Shown in pieces: positions 1 to 11,425 of a stretch of 64,000 nt of DNA; position 1 is the first letter of the stretch, and the number at the start of each line of letters is the position of its first letter. This DNA is from Sphyrna mokarran. Its lineage: Eukaryota. Below the pieces are notes generated by a model. The model worked only from the letters and a program-made list of their open reading frames with translations, was not told the origin of the DNA and did no database searches. Location: NCBI GenBank assembly GCA_024679065.1, contig JAGIQG010000005.1, positions 93,310,001-93,374,000 on the forward strand. Direction: 5' to 3'. A program made the translations under genes and the position numbers.

Positions 1-870
1 ACTTTCTATGGTGCATCTGTAGAAATTGATATGAGTTATAGTAGACAGCCTCTTGAGAAAGTAGAGGCATTGGTGGGCGTTCTTAATTATAGCATCCACA
101 AGGAGGGACAGGTTGTTGATGATCTGGACACCTAAAAATTTGAAACTCTTGACAATTTCTACATTGCCCTCAATGATATACAAGGGCATGCCCTCCACTA
201 TGCTTCTTGAAGTTGATGACTTTGTTTTGTTGACATTGAGGGAGAGATTATTGTTGTTGTACCAGTTCACCAGGTTCTCTATCTCTTTCGAGAACTTTGT
301 CTCGTCATTGTTTGAGATCTGACCCACTACGGTGGTGTCATCCGCAAATTTGAAAATTGTTTGTTGGGGACGCAGAGTCATAGGTGTATGCGGAGTATAG
401 TAGAGGGCTGAGAACACAGCCTTGTGGGGCACTGGTGTTGAGGATGATCATGGAGGGAGTTTTGTTACCTATCCTTTTTGATTGTGGTCTGTCAGTTAGA
501 AAGTTCAGAATCCAGTTGTAGTGGGAGGAGCCCAGACCCAGGCCATGAAGTTTTGGAGATGAATCTTGTAGGAATAATGATATTAAAGGCAGAGTTATAG
601 TCAATAAATAGGAGTCTGACATAGGTGTCTTTGTTATCTAGGTGTTCCAGGGTTGAGTGCAGGGACAGGGAAATGGCATCTGCTGTGGATCTGTTGGGGT
701 GAGAGGCCAACTGTAATGGATCCAAGCAGTCTGGGAGGCTGGAATTGATTCATGCCATGACTAACCTTTTGAAGCACTTCATAATGACGGATGTCAGAGC
801 CACTGGATGATAGTTGTTAAGGCACACTACCTGGCTTTTCTTTGGTACCAGAATGATGGCAGTCTTTTTG
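1..870 (-). mobile_element. Rex1/Babar-clade LINE, reverse transcriptase fragment (frameshifted)
   Basis: Minus-strand ORF pieces [51 protein letters not shown] and [18 protein letters not shown] match the Rex1 RT pattern (LDPLQFAY.pNRST.DAI...VRMLFIDFSSAFNTI; [13 protein letters not shown]). Runs off the window start. Confidence 0.9.
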
Positions 871-1584
871 ATGTCTCAGACAACAGTCCTACCTTAGATT
901 GTTGTAAGTGAAATGCTAAACAAAAATACCTTCCAATACTCACAAAATATGCACTCTGACTTCCTTCTCTTGTTGAAAAAAAAACAGGAAATTCCAAAAA
1001 GCAAATTACTGGCATTCCACAGAAAAGTGAACACACTACAAAGTCACCAAAATAATGTTACACCAGTCAACTTTGTTATTGCTATAGGGCATTGGATAGC
1101 TTCAATGAAAGTACATGAAAGTACCTTAGTATGAGTCACTTACCGGAGGATCATTTTGATTAATTCATGCCTGTCAGAAGCTGAAAGTACCCGATCAATG
1201 GTATTTGTTGAACTTCTATTACATCTAATCTCTTGGGTAATGGGGAACATTACTTGTCCCATTTTGCTGGGAGAGATAAACGATATTTTTAGGTGCATAA
1301 TAAGTATGCGTCAGCACTTAGAAGTCTGCCTTTATGTAAAAAACTAAGACAGTGATCTTTGACAAAATAATTTCTGTTATTAAGACAACAAGGCAAGTAT
1401 TTGAACCTGGCTAGAAATAGCAAGGGGAAAATAATTGTTTTACATGTCTAAATTGTGTTTTTGCATCAACCCTCATCTGAATTATTTCACTAAATACAAG
1501 TTTAATGATCAGTGGTTATAACTTATCAGTCAAAAAGCAATGCTTGACTTGAAAAACTTATGATGATATAAAGAAACAGAGTGA

Positions 1585-1800
1585 TGCAGTATGCAGAAGG
1601 AGGCCATTCAGCCCATTGTGCCTGTGTTGGCTTTTAGACAGAGTTATGCAAACAGTTCCAATCTCTTGTCCTTTCCCTACAGCCTTGCAAAATTTCCGCC
1701 TTCAATTATTTATTCAATTTCATTTTGAAGGTTACTATTGAATCTGTTTCCCCAACATTTCAGGCAGTGCAGATTATGGCAATTCATTGCATGTAAAAAA
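1585..1800 (-). mobile_element. Old CR1/HER1 LINE 3' fragment
   Basis: GCAGAAGGAGGCCATTCAGCCC is the reverse complement of the CR1 tail hairpin. A near-identical block occurs at ~22880-23130. Confidence 0.65.
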
Positions 1801-1861
1801 TCTCCGGGATTCCTCTTTGATTCTGTTTCAATTACTTTCTCCTCATGCAAACAGTCTTCAA

Positions 1862-2085
1862 AAAAAAAATGCTAGAAAATCTCAGCAATCTGGTAGCATC
1901 TGTAAGAAGAGAAAAGAGCTGATGTTTTGAGTCCAGATAACCCTTTGTCAGAGCTTCTTTTTCATCTGGATCTGAAATGTCAGCTATTTTCTCTTCTTAC
2001 AGATGCTGCCAGACCTGCTGAGGTTTTCCAGCATTTTCTCTTTTGGGTTTTAGATTCCAACATCTGCAGCAATTTGCTTTTATCT
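1862..2085. mobile_element. Penelope-like element terminal fold-back (family B) with decayed hammerhead motif
   Basis: Inverted repeat ~1866-1940 / ~1963-2037. The minus strand reads GCT-CTGACAA-AGGGTTATCTGGACTC-AAAACATC-AGC, a CpG-decayed CUGACGA...GAAACGUC hammerhead. Same family at 42370-42590 and 58170-58590. Confidence 0.75.
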
Positions 2086-2339
2086 TATGGAAACAGTCTC
2101 TCCTTATTTACTCCTACCAAAATCCCTCATGGTCTTGAGTATATCATTTAATCTCCCTTCAACCGTTTCTGCTTTAAGAGGCAACTTTCTACAATTTGGA
2201 GGTCACTTGTTTTATGGTCAGCTCTCTCATATCAGGCTGCATTTTAGAGAGGGGGTAATAAGTGAAGGGACTAGGATTAGCTTGCATGAGGCACTACCCA
2301 TGTGAGAAGACTTAAGTGAGATGTCGAGAAGCCCAGATA

Positions 2340-2525
2340 GAGTGGACAGAGAGATCAATAACCAGAGCTGACAGATTTATAATAATTAATTGAAAAATTA
2401 GAGGGGAGCTGAAGAAAAGTCTTTTCACCAGAGAAAAGTCGAGGGTTTGAAACCCACTGCATGAAAGGATGGTGGAGTCTGCAATTCTCATCACATTTAA
2501 AATGTCTGTGGATATGTACTTAAGG
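2340..2525 (+). mobile_element. Old CR1 3' fragment
   Basis: GATAGAGTGGACAGAGAG...TTTTCACCAGAG...GGTGGAGTCTGCAATTCTCATCACATTTAAAA resembles the CR1 ORF2 C-terminal region seen in other copies. Confidence 0.55.
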
Positions 2526-2643
2526 GACTGAATTTTACACTCCCCGTTGACAACGTTGAAGAAGGGGGGCACATAAAGTCCAAGGTAGAGGGGACTCCTT
2601 GTCACCTACCCATCTATCTCCCTGAACTGTCTGAAATTTTACG

Positions 2644-3082
2644 TGATATGGAGATGCCGGGGTTGGACTGGGAAATCTCACAATACCAGGTTAAAGTCCA
2701 ACAGGTTTATTTGGTAACAAACACCACTAGCTTTCGGAGCTCTGCTCCTTCATCAGATAAGTGGGAGTTCTGTTCACAAACAGGGCATATAAAGACACAA
2801 ACTCAATTTACAGAATAATGATTGGAATGTAAATCTTTACAGCTAATCAAGTCTTAAAGGTGCAGACAATGTAAGTGGAGAGAGCGTTAAGCACAGGTTA
2901 AAGAGATGTGTATTGCCCCAAGAGAGGACTATCCTGTTTGTAAATTGAGTTTGTGTCTTTATATATCCTGTTTGTGAACAGAACTCCCACTCACTTGATG
3001 AAGGAGCAGTGCTCCGAAAACTGGTGGCGTTTGCTACCAAATAAATCTGATGGACTTTAACTTGGTGTTGTGAGACTTCTTA
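2644..3082. mobile_element. Penelope-like element (family A), non-coding fold-back of two inverted pseudo-LTRs
   Basis: Inverted arms ~2674-2812 / ~2938-3080, each with a hammerhead motif. Unpaired tail TGATATGGAGATGCCGGGGTTGGACTGGG at the left end. Flanked by the direct repeat CTGAAATTTT (2631-2640 and 3083-3092). Confidence 0.9.
2725..2759 (-). ncRNA. Minimal (type I, PLE-type) hammerhead ribozyme motif, core intact
   Basis: Minus strand: UAU-CUGAUGA-A-GGAGC-AGA-GCUCC-GAAA-GCU-A-GUG. It has the conserved CUGANGA and GAAA boxes, a 5-bp stem II, palindromic AGCU in place of stem III, a UA cleavage site and a wobble stem I. Confidence 0.7.
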
Positions 3083-3149
3083 CTGAAATTTTGCAGGCAG
3101 TAGAGCAGTGCTAGCCCAATCACCTTGGCCTTATTGTAGTCCTTAAACT

Positions 3150-4350
3150 GAGAGAATAGGAACACCATTCAATATAATCATGACTGATCCTCTATCTCAA
3201 CATTATATTCCTACACTCTGCCTGTACCATTTGACACCATTGGAGTCTAGAAATCTATTTATTTCCTTTTTAAACATATTCAGTGATTTGGTCTCCACAA
3301 CCTCTTGTTGTGTGAAGAAATTGTCCTTAATCTCAGTCTTAAATGGCCTCTCCCACATTCTACGACTGTGACCTCTTGTTCCAAACCTTTCAACCTGAGG
3401 AAACAACATCTCTGCATCCAGTCTGTCAGAAATTTATACATTTCAATCAAATTTCCTCATTGTGCACAGTGGCACAGTGATTAGCATTGCTGCCTCACAG
3501 TGCCAGAAGCGCAGGTTCGATTCCTGGCTTGGGTCACTCTCTGTGTAGAGTTTGCACATTCTTCCTGTGCCTGCGTGAGTTTCCTCCAAGTGCTGCATTT
3601 TCCTCCCACAGTCAGAGATGTGTGGGTTAGGTTGATTGGCTATACTAAATTGCCTCTTAATGTCAGGGGGACTAGCTGGGTAATTGCATGGGATTACGGG
3701 GTAGGGCCTGAATGGAGTTATAGGAGTAAGGTCTGGGTGGGACTGTTGTCGGTGCAGGCTCGATGGGCCAAATTGCCTCCTTATGCACTGTAGGATTCTA
3801 TGGTTTTTCCAAATTCAAAAGAGTACAGGCCTAGGTGACCCAATCTCTCCTCATACAACAATCCTGCCATCTCAGGAATCAGTTTGGTGAAAGTTCACTA
3901 AACTCTCTGTATGGAAACTAGATTCTTTCTTAATTAGGAGAATAAAACTATACACAATACTCCAGGTGTGGTTTCACCAAGCTCTGTATAGCTGAGTTAT
4001 GACATCCTTGCTCCTGTACTCAAACCCTTTCACAATGAAGACCAACATACCATTTGTCTTCCGAACTGCTTGCTGTATCTGTATGCTTGCTTTCAGTGAC
4101 TGGTGTACCAGAATGCTTCATACGACAACATTTCTCAATCTATCACCATTTAAATAATATTCTGCCATTCTGTTTCTCTATCTGAAGTGGATAACTTCAT
4201 TCTTATCTGTATTGCTCAATCAACTTGTCTCTTAACATTGTGTTTGCCATTTATATTTCCACCAAGTTTTTGTTTCATCAACCTTTGGCCTCTTCAAATC
4301 ATTGATGCATATTGTGAATGGCTGCAGCCCAAGTACTGATCCCTGTATTG
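3150..4350 (-). mobile_element. CR1/HER1 LINE ORF2 3' part, interrupted by an HE1 SINE
   Basis: Minus-strand peptides QGSVLGLQPFTICINDL and ERPFKTEIKDNFFTQQ...LNMFKKEINRFL are typical of the CR1 RT and C-terminus. Confidence 0.85.
3463..3803 (+). mobile_element. HE1-type tRNA-derived V-SINE
   Basis: A box (TGGCACAGTGATTAGC), B box (GGTTCGATTCC), V-domain (GAGTTTGCACATTCT...TTCCTCCCACAGTC) and CR1-type tail (GGCTCGATGGGCCAAATTGCCTCC...GATTCTATG). Confidence 0.92.
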
Positions 4351-4849
4351 ATCTCTGTGGCATCTTACCATGATGTAGAGATGTCGGTGTTGGCATCTTA
4401 CCATGCCCTGGACATCTTACCATGTCCAGGGAGAGCTTTCCCACCCTCTTGCCAACTTAGATTGTTAAGTGGGCAATTAATGATATTAGCTTGTCAGGGA
4501 TGGGATGCTGACCGTGTGGGGAGCATGACAAGCAAACCCTCACATGTTTGCTTGCAGATTCTGGGGCTGGGTCTCATATTTAAAGGCTGATTGAGGGATC
4601 CAATATCAGGAAAGGAGGAGCCCACTCAAAGCCAACTCCCACTTTTGCAGCTAACCCCCTCCAATCCTCACCTTCTCTCCCACAACACCCTTGCACTATC
4701 GCTCACATACCCGGGTACCTCCTCAAATTAAAGGCCTTGGATGGGAGCCATATTGGTCTGAGCCACCGTCTCCTGGGTAATGGTGCTGAGTACGGAAGAG
4801 TTGTTGGCCTCTGATTGGTCGGCAACTTTCGATAGGCAAGATTTCCACT

Positions 4850-5145
4850 CTAGAATCATAGAATCGCTACAATGCAGAAGGAGGCCCTTTGGCCCATTGA
4901 GTCTGCACAGATCACAATCCCTCGCAGATCTTACTCCTGTAGCCCTACATATTTACCCTGCTAATCTCGCTAACAAAAGGGTCAATTTAGCATGGTCAAT
5001 CCACCTAACACACCTGCCCATCTATGGACTGTGAGAGGAAACCAGAGCACCCAAAGGAAACCATGGAGATACAGGGAGAATGTGGAGAAGCCACACTGAC
5101 AGTGACCCAAGGCCGGATTTGAACCCAGGTTCAACTGTGCGCCAC
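4850..5145 (-). mobile_element. HE1-type V-SINE
   Basis: Reverse complement of the HE1 tail (TAGAATCATAGAATC...GCAGAAGGAGGCCC), V-domain and B box (GATTTGAACCC). Confidence 0.88.
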
Positions 5146-5447
5146 TGGAATCTTTGATCTAGGCAATGGCTATGCCATTGATCTGTCAAATGTCTGAATT
5201 GCACACAATTTGGCGGGTCTTTTTAAAAAGAAGAAATGTGGCATCTCATTGGCTCTGTGTTGGGTGGCTGAGATTCCTTCACCTCAGGAGATTCAATTTA
5301 TTACTTCTGTTGCTCCTGTCACTCTGGTCAAAATACAGCAGCCAGGAAAAATCCTATCTTCTGAAGTAGGTAGCATTCTCTTGAGTTACCGTAAGGATTT
5401 TCAACAACTACACAAATGTGCAACTATTTTGCAGTAAAACAATGCAG

Positions 5448-5795
5448 TAAAAAATATACTTTATTCATATAAACTCTGAAAGACACATTACAAAACATTT
5501 CTGATTGTTACAACAATAAAGTACAACAATATTTACATTTTCTCCACAAATCAAAATGCATTCTGAAGTGCTTCAGTTCAGGAATGAGAATATTATACAT
5601 TTTTCAATATTCTCAACACAGAGAGCAAAATTCCTTTTAACCTATACACGGGGGTCATGTTGCACTCTGCGGTGCTTCAAAACATCAGCTTAGATTTAGG
5701 ATTAAACACACAGTGCAGGTTTTGCACTCATTAGCCACTTGGTGTACATTAGTTAAAAGCCTAAGCATTGGTCTTTTCCCATTGCTCCTTGGCAA
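5448..5795 (-). mobile_element. Tx1-like LINE 3' end (mostly 3' UTR)
   Basis: Ends in ATGAATAAAGTATATTTTT on the minus strand. 5755-5795 resembles the ORF2 end of the larger copy at ~8080-8125. Confidence 0.55.
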
Positions 5796-6419
5796 TGTAA
5801 TACAAGCAGGTCATCCACCTTGGCATTTCAGTGATAAGTACTGACAGGCAAGTTCTCTTTTAAATACCGTTGAAACAAACTATTTCTAACATCAACTGTC
5901 CATGATTAGTTGATGGTTTAATAGGGGGCATTTGTCTTGCTGACAAGAATGATATTTTTGCCCTAAATATGTGAATAGAAATAGACATTACAATTAAACA
6001 TAATTTATAATCCATTTAGCAGCTGGACCCTGATTTGTGTAGGGTAATGAGAATTTGGTCAGTTTTGGGTGAAGGTTGATTGCTTAAGTGTAGTCCAATC
6101 TGAAAATTACGTTGAACTCACGGTCATCTGATTTTACTCTGTAATATTGAGTAACTGAATGATGGAAATCTATCTCAATGGCAGATACAAAATCTATAAT
6201 GGCATTAGAAAGTGTAAAACTTCAAATGGAGAAAGTGAAAAGCATGTGGGAACATGGGCAGAGGAATGGACTGAGTATTTCATAGAGCTGGCACACCACT
6301 GATATTATATAATTTTGTTGTATTTCACCCATTCCAATGGGGTAGTCATGAGGAAGGACTCAGAGCCTTACCCATCTTACCAAACCATTTCTGTAACCCT
6401 GACTGATCTTTAGAATTCT

Positions 6420-6752
6420 TCAACAGGATGGCAAGGTTAGAATTTGTTGAACATCCCCAATTGCCCTTGAACTGATTGGCTTGTTAAGGCAGCTAAGAGA
6501 CAACCACATTGCTGTGGTTTTGGAGAAAGATGTAAAGCAGATCTGGTAAGGATGGCAGATTTCCGTGATGAAATGAATTGATGATGATTTCATTGCCACC
6601 AGTATTGAGACAAACTTTATATTCCAGATCTTTGTTAATTGAATTTAAATTCCACCCACTGCTGTGGTGGGATTTGAACCCATGTCCCCAGACGATTAGC
6701 TTGGGTCTCTGGATTATTAGTCCAACAACATTGCTACTAGGTCATCATCTCA
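6420..6752 (-). mobile_element. tRNA-derived SINE with a CR1 (AAGGGCAATT-GGGATG type) tail
   Basis: Minus-strand B box GGGTTCAAATCCCACC at ~6666-6681 in a tRNA-like head. The 3' part shares TCAAGGGCAATT(A/G)GGGATG with the CR1 tails at 16128 and 24095. Confidence 0.7.
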
Positions 6753-7544
6753 CCACACACCCCCCCCCCCCCCCCCCCCATTTCCCCCGTACCATATGAG
6801 CTCCTAGCAGGCTTCCAGCTACCACTGCCAAGAGGAAACTCCCGAGGGTGCTACAGTAAGAATGCCACACCAGCATCAGGAGGAGGAGGGATTATTTAAA
6901 GGGTCAAATATGCCTGAGGAAAAATTAAAGATTCCATCATTAAGCATCTGCACGAAGTCTAATTTGATGTGGAACCCTGTGCAAAGATTATGAGAAAAGG
7001 CTTTTTTTAAATTGCTATTGATCTGGTCAATTTAATCATTCAGAAAGCTTTCAATTTTATTAAAGGACTTTGGAATCATTAAGAATTTAATTTCTCTACA
7101 TATTGTGCACCATCCATGAAAGTCCCTGACCAAATCCCATTTGAAAACAAATTCTGCTGGAGTGTTTAATTAATCTAATTGCAATAATAAATTCAAATGT
7201 CTTCATTCATCATGTCTTGTTTTATACCATTATCTCACTTCAGCACTTGGCGTCACTTTATGCCAAAACCAACACTGGTGGATTCTGTCCATTGCTTTGC
7301 TCTTTCAATTTTTGCCTGAGACCCATAATAATAAATAACAGTGTGGGGAAAGCTAAAGAGAACAGGAGGAAGATTAAAACAGAGCCGCAGCTTACTTTGG
7401 TTTTAATTTATGCTGTCGCCTAATCTTGAAACTGCTGAGGGTGGCGTTGATTTTTGAAGGGGTGCAAAGACACCAATTATGAAACTTAAACTTGTTTTAC
7501 ACTCTGTCCGATGTTCTTTTGGATCAGAAAGGAAAATTGTTTCT

Positions 7545-8990
7545 GGCAATAAAACTTTATTCATTAAAATATCTACAAGGACATGACAAACATTTTATTA
7601 TATGTTAGAGAACTGACGCCAAGAACCACAAAGGATGAAAAATAGTATAGCTTTATTGACAAGGTGTATTTACTACATGGCTGCTTCTTCACTCTGGCTG
7701 TTTCCCATGCTAGCGACCAGTAATATCTCTTCTGATGAATACGTGAATATATGCATTCACAGTGCTTAATGCAGCTACCAAAATTCAGTATTAATACATG
7801 TTTCAAAATGGGCACCACAGTATATTGATATTCAGGTTTTCTATATAGACCATGTTTCACCCCGAGGTGCTTCAATACAATCAAAGGAATATTACATTCA
7901 TTTCAAAATAGTCATTATAAAAAGTTCAATGATATTTAATCTGTCTACACAGATCATGCTGCATGGTGAGATGCTTCAGTCCAATTGAAATAGATGTAAT
8001 ATTTACTGTCTACAGTCAGTGTGAACCATACAGCCCAAGGGGTTGTATATAATTACCCTCCCCTTAATGCACTATGTCTGAAAGGTTTTAGACAGCGATG
8101 TTTTACCATTGCACCTCTGTAGCAGCACTCCCAAGCTTTAGTGCATCCCTTAGTATGTCGTCCTGGGTTTTGGAATGAGCCAGTCTGCAACACTTGGTCA
8201 GCTGCAGTGAAGACCAACAAGTTTCAGAGAGACTGAAGAGCATCTTTCATTGAGTTGATGATCCTACAGCTGCAGGTAATGTTTGTCCTGATAGATGTCC
8301 CTGGGAACAGCAATAGAACACAGTGTCCTATGTTATGGAGCAGTTCAGGATGAACCTTGACAAAAACCATCGTATCTCTCTCCAGATCTTTGCAAAGACA
8401 CATTCCACAAGGAAGTGGACAATGGTCTCTTCCTCATCACAGTCATCTTGAGACTAACATGCAGATGGAGTAAGATTCTGGGCATGTTGGAAGATCTGAC
8501 AGGAAGGGCATTCCTCGCCATCAACCAAGCTATAATTTGGTGCTTGTTCAAAAGTTCTGGCAATGATGCAAATGACCTTTAACTCTGCTTACGGAATTAT
8601 CTGATAGGATCTACCTTTCCTAATGGGCCTCTAGGACATCATGTGCAGACCACCGCCTGAGAGACTTGTGGACAATGATGTTTCTTTCCATAAGTCTATC
8701 CATGCTGGACAGTTGATATAGCACAGTCCAACTACTTGAAGGGTTCCGCAGCTGCAATACCAGACCAATCCTTCGCAACACTGGGAACAAGTGAAACGTC
8801 AGTACCTAATGACACTTAGTCTTTGCGTACTGAGGGTGTATGCACAGCTTGATGCAGCCATCAGCAAAGACGTCATCAGGATTCAAGTGATATTAGTCAC
8901 TCCTTCCCACTTCATCTAGAGGTTTGCACATTATTTCTCTGCGTACTTGGTCAGTTTAATTCTTCTTGATAAATTGAAAAATGGCTCAGA
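7545..8990 (-). mobile_element. Tx1-clade LINE: ORF2 C-terminus (zinc-knuckle region) and 3' UTR, decayed
   Basis: PELLNKHQIIAWLMARNALPVRS followed by frameshifted Cys/His-rich zinc-finger sequence (EETIVHFLVECVFAK.WR), as in Tx1 ORF2. Ends in ATGAATAAAGTTTT on the minus strand at ~7550-7565. Confidence 0.8.
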
Positions 8991-9004
8991 TGATTGTCAC
9001 ATAC

Positions 9005-9680
9005 AGGGTGGGGAATGGGCCAGACCTGCGCCATGTACAGCACACTGAGAGCGCTTCACACCTGATGACCAGGTTCTTACCTCCCTCCTCTTCCCCCCAC
9101 TTCCCCCACCAGACACAGATTTGGCCTCCCTCCTCACTACCCCACATCCCCCCACATCAGAGAACAATCTGGCCTCCCTCCTTCTCTCCGCCCACCAGAG
9201 AATGATCATGCCCTCCCTCTTCCTTCCCCCAATTAGAGATACATCTGACCTGCCTCCTCTTCCTCCTCCTTCCCTTTCCCTCTCACCAGAGAATGATCTG
9301 GCCTGCCTCCCTTCTTCTTCACTACCAATCTGAGTCAGAGAGCCATTGGAACCTCTGGACAAACCTCTTCAGAAGCTGGAATGCCAGAAACAGATCTTTG
9401 CTGAGCATACCTGTTTCACGTTGAATCTGGACAGGTGAACGTAATGGTAAAGGGGGAAATGCTGACAAAGTTGGGTGGGCAGCCCATTAATTCAATTTAA
9501 ATGCGTGAAAATGCCATTGTATTCATTTTGGGGTGTGATGCAGATCGTGACCTTTTTTGGGTCTTGGCAAAATGGGCATCTGCATGGACACGGGCGCGGG
9601 TTGCATTAATGGCCTCATGCCCAACTTTACCAAGTTTTCGCACCCAAAATCAGGGGTAATGCAGTGGTAAAATTGGGCCC
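9005..9680. mobile_element. Harbinger-type MITE with internal pyrimidine-rich degenerate tandem repeat (~9060-9335)
   Basis: The right end GTAAAATTGGGCCC matches the GGGC-type termini of other MITEs here. Internal ~45-55 bp units of (GA)TCTGGCCTCCCTCC...CCCCACCAGAGAA. Confidence 0.55.
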
Positions 9681-9684
9681 AACA

Positions 9685-10018
9685 TGTCAGCTTTGCTCCC
9701 CAGTCTGGGCTTGATCTGATGCTTATCTTAGCCAAAAGGCTGACGCTGCTCCAGTTATAGTTGGGCCCCCCGTAGCGAAGATCAGGCTTGGTTCTGAAAA
9801 TCTTCAGATAAAAGGATTGGCCCACTTCTCTGCCTGTTAGTCAAAGTTCTCTCCTGCTGGGTTGGATCTCCTCACTGCATTATTCCTTTGTCTCCCAGAC
9901 TGTTTGACACAAGGCTATCACTATAAGATGTCTGTTAATAAATGTTTTTCTCACAAACTGGTTTGCCAAATGTCCGTAGAATCAGAGTTCCCACTGTCCA
10001 AACAAATGGCCCCTGACA
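9685..10018 (+). mobile_element. Putative solo LTR
   Basis: Begins TGTCAG and ends CTGACA (6-bp terminal inverted repeat, TG...CA). TATA-like GATAAAA at 9807 and AATAAA at 9937. No clear TSD. Confidence 0.5.
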
Positions 10019-10959
10019 TTGTTAGTTTTGAGTGACACACCATAGGGGTTGAACCTGGTGATAGAGTAGTTTTCCTTCACACTCCCCGCTGTGGGATTTC
10101 AATCTTCAACCACAAAATCTGTGTTGCTTTCTGTAGACGCTTAGACAATTGTAGCTGTTAACTCCACAGGAGAGATCTGTTACATTTTTAAAGTCTCATC
10201 AGTGGAATGAGACATTAAAGCCATTTACATTTTAACACCCTGATCAGACAAGACTTCCAGCCTTGGGCAGTTTCATGCAAATTTGCAGACAAGGGGAAGA
10301 AGTCACTTCATCTTACAATGTAGCAGTCTATTCTTTCTCTAAGCTTTTTATAAAGTTGTGGGCATAACTACGTGGATGTGACAAAATACTGTGGGCAATT
10401 TTGACTTTGAGTGACAATGTAACCTGGGTGATACTGATTCCAAAACCTGAACAATCCTAATATTCATTACCATTGAATTTGATAAAAACAAGTAAAGTGA
10501 TTGATGTGCAGCAAGCAACTGAATGACCATCACCATTTTATGCTATTGACCAAAGTCCAAATGACCTGCACTGATGTCACAATTCTTTATATCAGGCAGA
10601 GACACAAAGCAACACAAACCAGAGAAGGTTCACTGAATGTTAAATCTGAATGTGGAGATGCTGGCATTAGACTGGGGTAAACACGGTAAGAAGTCTGACA
10701 ACACCAGGTTTAAGTTCAACTGATTTATTTGATAGTACACCCACAAGCTTTCGGGGTTTGCCTCTTTGTCAGGTGAGTGTAGAGTTCTGGCCTCAGGCAG
10801 AGCATATAACAGCACAGACAGTTTACAGATTACTGATTAGAATGTGAGTCTTTACAACTAACCTACTATTCAAGTCTTAAAGAGGCCAACAATTTGAGTG
10901 GAAGGAGCATTAAGCACAGGTTAAAGAGATGTGTATTGTCTCCAGACAGTACAGTAAGT

Positions 10960-11210
10960 GATGCAGACATTACGACAGCGGATGAATGAACATCACTCGA
11001 CAATCACCAGGCAGGATTGTTCCCCTCCTGTTGGCGAACACTTCAGTGGTCATAGGCATTTGGCCTCTGACCTTCGGGTAAGCATTCTCCAAGGTGGCCT
11101 TCACGACACACGACAGCACAGAGTCACTGAGCAGAGACTGATAGCCAAGTTTCGCACACATGAGGACAGTCTCAATAGGAATCTTGAATTCATGTCACAC
11201 TATCTGTACC
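10960..11210 (+). pseudogene. PLE GIY-YIG endonuclease, C-terminal half (5'-truncated)
   Basis: QTLRQRMNEHHSTI...PVGEHFSGHRH...EQRLIAKFRTHEDSLNR contains the L..R..EH, HF..H, conserved E and LN motifs of Penelope GIY-YIG domains. Confidence 0.88.
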
Positions 11211-11425
11211 CTTCAATGCTTGGCTGCGTTTGCAAAACCTCACTTACTGTACAGTCTGGAGACAATACACATCTCTTTAACCTGTGCTTAATGCTCCTTC
11301 CACTCACATTGTTGGCCTCTTTAAGACTTGAATAGTAGGTTAGTAGTAAAGACTCACATTCTAATCAGTAATCTGTAAACTGCCTGTGCTGTTATATGCT
11401 CTGTCTGAGGCCAGAACTCTCCATT

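Noticed and set aside
1135-1185. Strong minus-strand splice donor (CCG|GTAAGT) with nearby acceptors
   Set aside because: The implied 27-37 nt exon has no recognisable product or partner exons.
3463-3535. tRNA-like sequence with A and B boxes (also at other SINE heads)
   Set aside because: It continues into V-domain and LINE tail, so these are SINE heads rather than tRNA genes.
9060-9335. Spaced repeats superficially like a CRISPR array
   Set aside because: The units are degenerate pyrimidine-rich tandem copies inside a vertebrate MITE, with no constant repeat/unique spacer structure and no cas genes.
8997-9362. 121-aa Gly/Arg/Glu-rich minus-strand ORF
   Set aside because: It is the translation of a purine-rich tandem repeat.
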